Source: Asterias rubens (lineage: Eukaryota). Taken from it: DNA of 64,000 nt. The translations under genes and the position numbers were made by a program. Under the pieces are notes generated by a model that was not told where the DNA came from, did no database searches, and saw only the letters and a program-made list of their open reading frames with translations. The DNA lies in the NCBI RefSeq assembly GCF_902459465.1, contig NC_047070.1, forward strand, positions 16,616,001 through 16,680,000, given 5' to 3'. Position 1 is the first letter of the stretch. Every line of letters starts with the position of its first letter. Positions 60,536 to 64,000 of this stretch are shown here, in pieces.

Positions 60536-61690
60536 CATGTTAATCCAGAGGTACAGCAGTTTGTGATGTGAAAATATCTTCACTTTTACCAGAGGAGAAT
60601 CATTCATGAAACATTGAATGAGGGCGTTGATGCGTAGTTAGTTTGCAATGGAACATTCACAGACAGCCTGGTCTATATTCCGTCACAACATACTAGCGTT
60701 TTAGTTCTTGGGAGACCGATCGATCCACTGCTAAGTCGATTGCAATATCCCCCCACCCCCATCAACACGTACATATGCCATAGCTTTGATCAGCGAGCAT
60801 AGTACAAAGCCCTGTCATCAAGAGCTTTCAGAGTTTAAAGTGAAATGAAGTGGAAATAATTAAATCAAGGATGATTGCGTCAACAGTAACACGGGAAACA
60901 AAATTTGTGACTTCCTGGCATGGCGTTTTACCGAAGAGTCTCTGTTATGGGAAAGGCATAATTTTTTGATATCTGCCAGGGGTCTGAGTTTTATATTTTC
61001 TTCGAACTTTCAGCAGACATATCAAGAGGAATCACAACAAGAACTGCGTACGGATTGTTGCAGACCTACATACAGGTAACCAAAGGTTGTTGTTGCTTCT
61101 TTATTATACTTTTGATATGACCAGGGGTGGATTTCATGAAGAGTTGGGACTAATCTTATCTTGAGTTAGGGCGACTCAGAGTTACTTAGGACTAGCCATG
61201 CGTTTTTATATCTCTTTGGACTAGTCCTTAGGACTAGGGGACTAGTCCTAGCCCTATATAGGACGGAAAAGTTTCCGCATGGCGCCACCACTTTTTCATT
61301 CGATATGAAATAATATAGTATCTAATTTACCTCATTGATATATCCCTTTTTGTAAAAATGAGTGAAAAAGTGGTGGCGTCATACGGAAAGTTATCCTATA
61401 GGACTCTTCCTCTGTACACAGATAAGATAATACAAAAGTGTAAGGCTGCCAGGGCTAGGATTAGTCCTAACTCTTTGTGAAATCGACCCATGCACAAGTA
61501 GTAAAGCAAAAGGCATATCGGTAGCTCGTACTGTGAAGTTTTCTTGTCGGCTTGCTTGCCTGCGTTCTTTTCATTTCGCCGTCTGAACCCATTTGCCTTA
61601 TACCGACATTTAAGCCCAGAACCCGCCCACATGTTCTGTAGACAACCGTCGGTCAGGTGTAATGTAGAGTGAGTGAGGTGGTGGGCTGGG

Positions 61691-61885
61691 TTAAAGGCCC
61701 TGTACAACTTTGGTAATTGCACAAAGACCAGTGTTCTCACTTGGTGTATCCCATCATAAGCATAAAATAACTAGCCTGTGAAAATTTGGGCTTAATTGGT
61801 CATCGAAGTTGCGAGAAGATGATGAAAGAAACAACACCCTTGTTCTGACGAATTTGTGTGCTTTCAGATAAGAATAAAAGGCTGC
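61691..61885 (+). mobile_element. Left part of the same TTAA-flanked MITE family
   Basis: TTAAAGGCCCTGTACAACTTTGGTAATTG...AATTGGTCATCGAAGTTGCGAGAAG. Confidence 0.6.
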
Positions 61886-61951
61886 GGATGGGAGTAATAG
61901 TGAATGTCAAGTAAGTTCCACCAATCAAATGACAAGGATCTGTATGTCAGC

Positions 61952-63975
61952 AGAAAATTAATAATACTATGTGTGAGGCCTCAAACAAGATAATCTTGTA
62001 TCTAAGCTAAACTAAGTAACATTGATGTACAGGCCTACATCAATTGAGTCTTGAATAAAAGTTGTTTGCTGCAGAAACAATGGAAATATGATGGTATTTT
62101 TTTTTAAAAGGAAAACCATCTAATTACCTTATGAGTGTAATCTTGCTTCTTCATCTTATCCTCAGCAACTTGGTGGTAGTTTTTATTTCCAATATTGTTT
62201 TAGAAACACATATTCATAACCTGTAAAGATAAAACATTAGATTCTTAAAGGAAATGTTTTGTATATTCATGTGTATTAAGAAACAAGTTAGGTCTCATTC
62301 TGTAAAAAGGAAAGCATGTAAAACTGTAGAATATGTAAAGGTTTATACATTTTCTACGAAAAAAAATTGCGATTCAACCTGATTTTTTTTTAACCGGCCT
62401 CCTCCATTTCCCCTCACAGCCGGCTCTTCCTCACCATTGCCAGAAATGTGAGTTGAAATAGAACTTCTAAAGGTTGTAAATTGGTCAGTTCTGCAAATAA
62501 TATAGAAGACTTGTATTTTTCTTTTGTGATTGGAGAGGGCATATTGAATGATAAAAAACATCTTGCTAAGAATGTTGAACTTAATCTTATTCATTCAGCC
62601 TAATCATTAGAATACACTTTCTAAACAAAATTACAAGCCTTTCATAGAGATTGGACTATAAGTTTTTGCTTCAGTAAATGTGTCATCTTTAAATTATGAA
62701 CCAGTAGTAGGTAATTGCATTCTACTTACAAACAGCTTTCAGGTATTTAGATCATTTATTTATGGGGAAGATAATCCCATTATTAGGCCTAAACAAATAT
62801 CATCATATTAATTCTACAGAAACTATTTTTGGTTTTAAAATCATTCATGGGAAAATTATCTTATTTTAGGCCTACACATTTGGCAATGGTTTTTGGCCAA
62901 CTCTGATTAAAAGTTGCCTTTTTATAGACCAACATCAAGAAAGACATGGAATGGAATTTTGAAAAAATAGCAGTTAGGCCTACTTTTAATTTATATAAAC
63001 TTAAAAAAATTATAAGACTTATCATCTAATTGAAATGAAATCTCATTTTATTTAATGTATTTATATCTTTTGTTATGATTTCAATTACAGATAAATGTAG
63101 GCCTACTTCAAGGAAAAGCCATGTCACTTTGAAAAACAAAAACAATTCACAATACTCCTTACATATTACCTGGAACATGGGGTTAGACTTGTCGTCTACT
63201 TCAAATTCACATTAATTAGAAGAAATATTTTTGGTGTTAGACTTATAATTTATAACATCTACTTTTAGGCCCCCATTTGTTGTCTTTTCTGCAATTGTGA
63301 ATAACATTTAAATGTAGGCCTACTTCAAGGGAAATGGCATGGCATTTTGCCCCCAAATCATTTAATTAGAAGACAGTTTTTACAGTTTTAAGCTCATCAT
63401 CTATTGGAAAATTGTTCTTATTTTAGGCCTTCATTTATTTCTTCATTTAATTTTGTTCACTAACACTTAAATGTAGACAGACAAGGGCGTGACATTTCAG
63501 TGGGGGGAGGAGGGGGGGGGGTAGCCACTAAGCCTATTCCAAACTCATGTTACCTAGACGTGTGGGTTTGACTTGTCATCCATTGAAAACATTATTTCCT
63601 TAAAATATAGATTAATAGCTAATTACCATATAGCCCTGCACACATGAAGTAAGTGTAATCTAGAATCAACTAAAAGTAGTTTCTTGTTTTCACAGGTAGG
63701 CCACAGGCCTTTAATCTGAGGAAAATTAATAATACTATGTATTAGGCCTCAAACAAGATAATCTTGTATCTAGGCTAAACTAATGTACATGGTTGTACGG
63801 GCCTACATCAATTGAGTCTTGAATACAAGTAGTTTGCTGCAAAAAAATGGAGTTATGGTGTTTTTTTAAACGGAAAACCGTATAATTACCTCATTAATGT
63901 TATCTTGCTCTTCATCTTATCCTCAGTAACTTGGTGGTAGAACGGTTGTTTTTTATTTCCAATATTGTTTGAATT
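61952..63975. repeat. Direct duplication of ~250 bp (61952-62200 and 63720-63975)
   Basis: GAAAATTAATAATACTATGT..GGCCTCAAACAAGATAATCTTGTATCT...CTTCATCTTATCCTCAG.AACTTGGTGGTAG...TTTTATTTCCAATATTGTTT is present twice. Confidence 0.85.
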
Positions 63976-64000
63976 GATTTCAAAATTCAACACTGGCAAT

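Noticed and set aside
62343-62594. 83-aa ORF with a possible acceptor near 62490, perhaps the last exon of a gene beyond the window
   Set aside because: No recognisable protein similarity and no supporting upstream exons within the window.

Overview
AT-rich, intron-containing animal genomic DNA, not prokaryotic. The gene set and repeat landscape suggest a marine invertebrate deuterostome, possibly a sea star (inference, not verified). Five protein-coding genes can be assembled by hand from GT-AG boundaries with consistent phases. (1) A single-coding-exon serotonin receptor of the 5-HT7 type (minus strand, 17.5-18.8 kb). (2) A 7-exon PLPP4/5-type lipid phosphate phosphatase (minus, 26.8-37.1 kb). 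(3) Head-to-head with it, a 2-exon ADP-ribosylhydrolase (ARH1/ARH2 family) that has lost most of its catalytic aspartates (plus, 38.4-40.0 kb). (4) A putative orphan small type-I membrane protein (minus, 41.3-43.0 kb). (5) A 22-exon gene for a 996-aa secreted protein, absent as a whole from the ORF track (minus, 45.8-58.3 kb): a signal peptide plus three copies of a 7-exon unit [uromodulin/GP2-type D8C/D10C module + an unnamed ~185-aa domain], with no ZP domain and no membrane anchor. This is the most novel item. The non-coding DNA holds TTAA-flanked MITEs, tRNA-derived SINE-like elements, an RTE-like LINE remnant, minisatellites and two or three minimal Penelope-type hammerhead ribozyme motifs. 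Nearly all short ORFs in the track are spurious.
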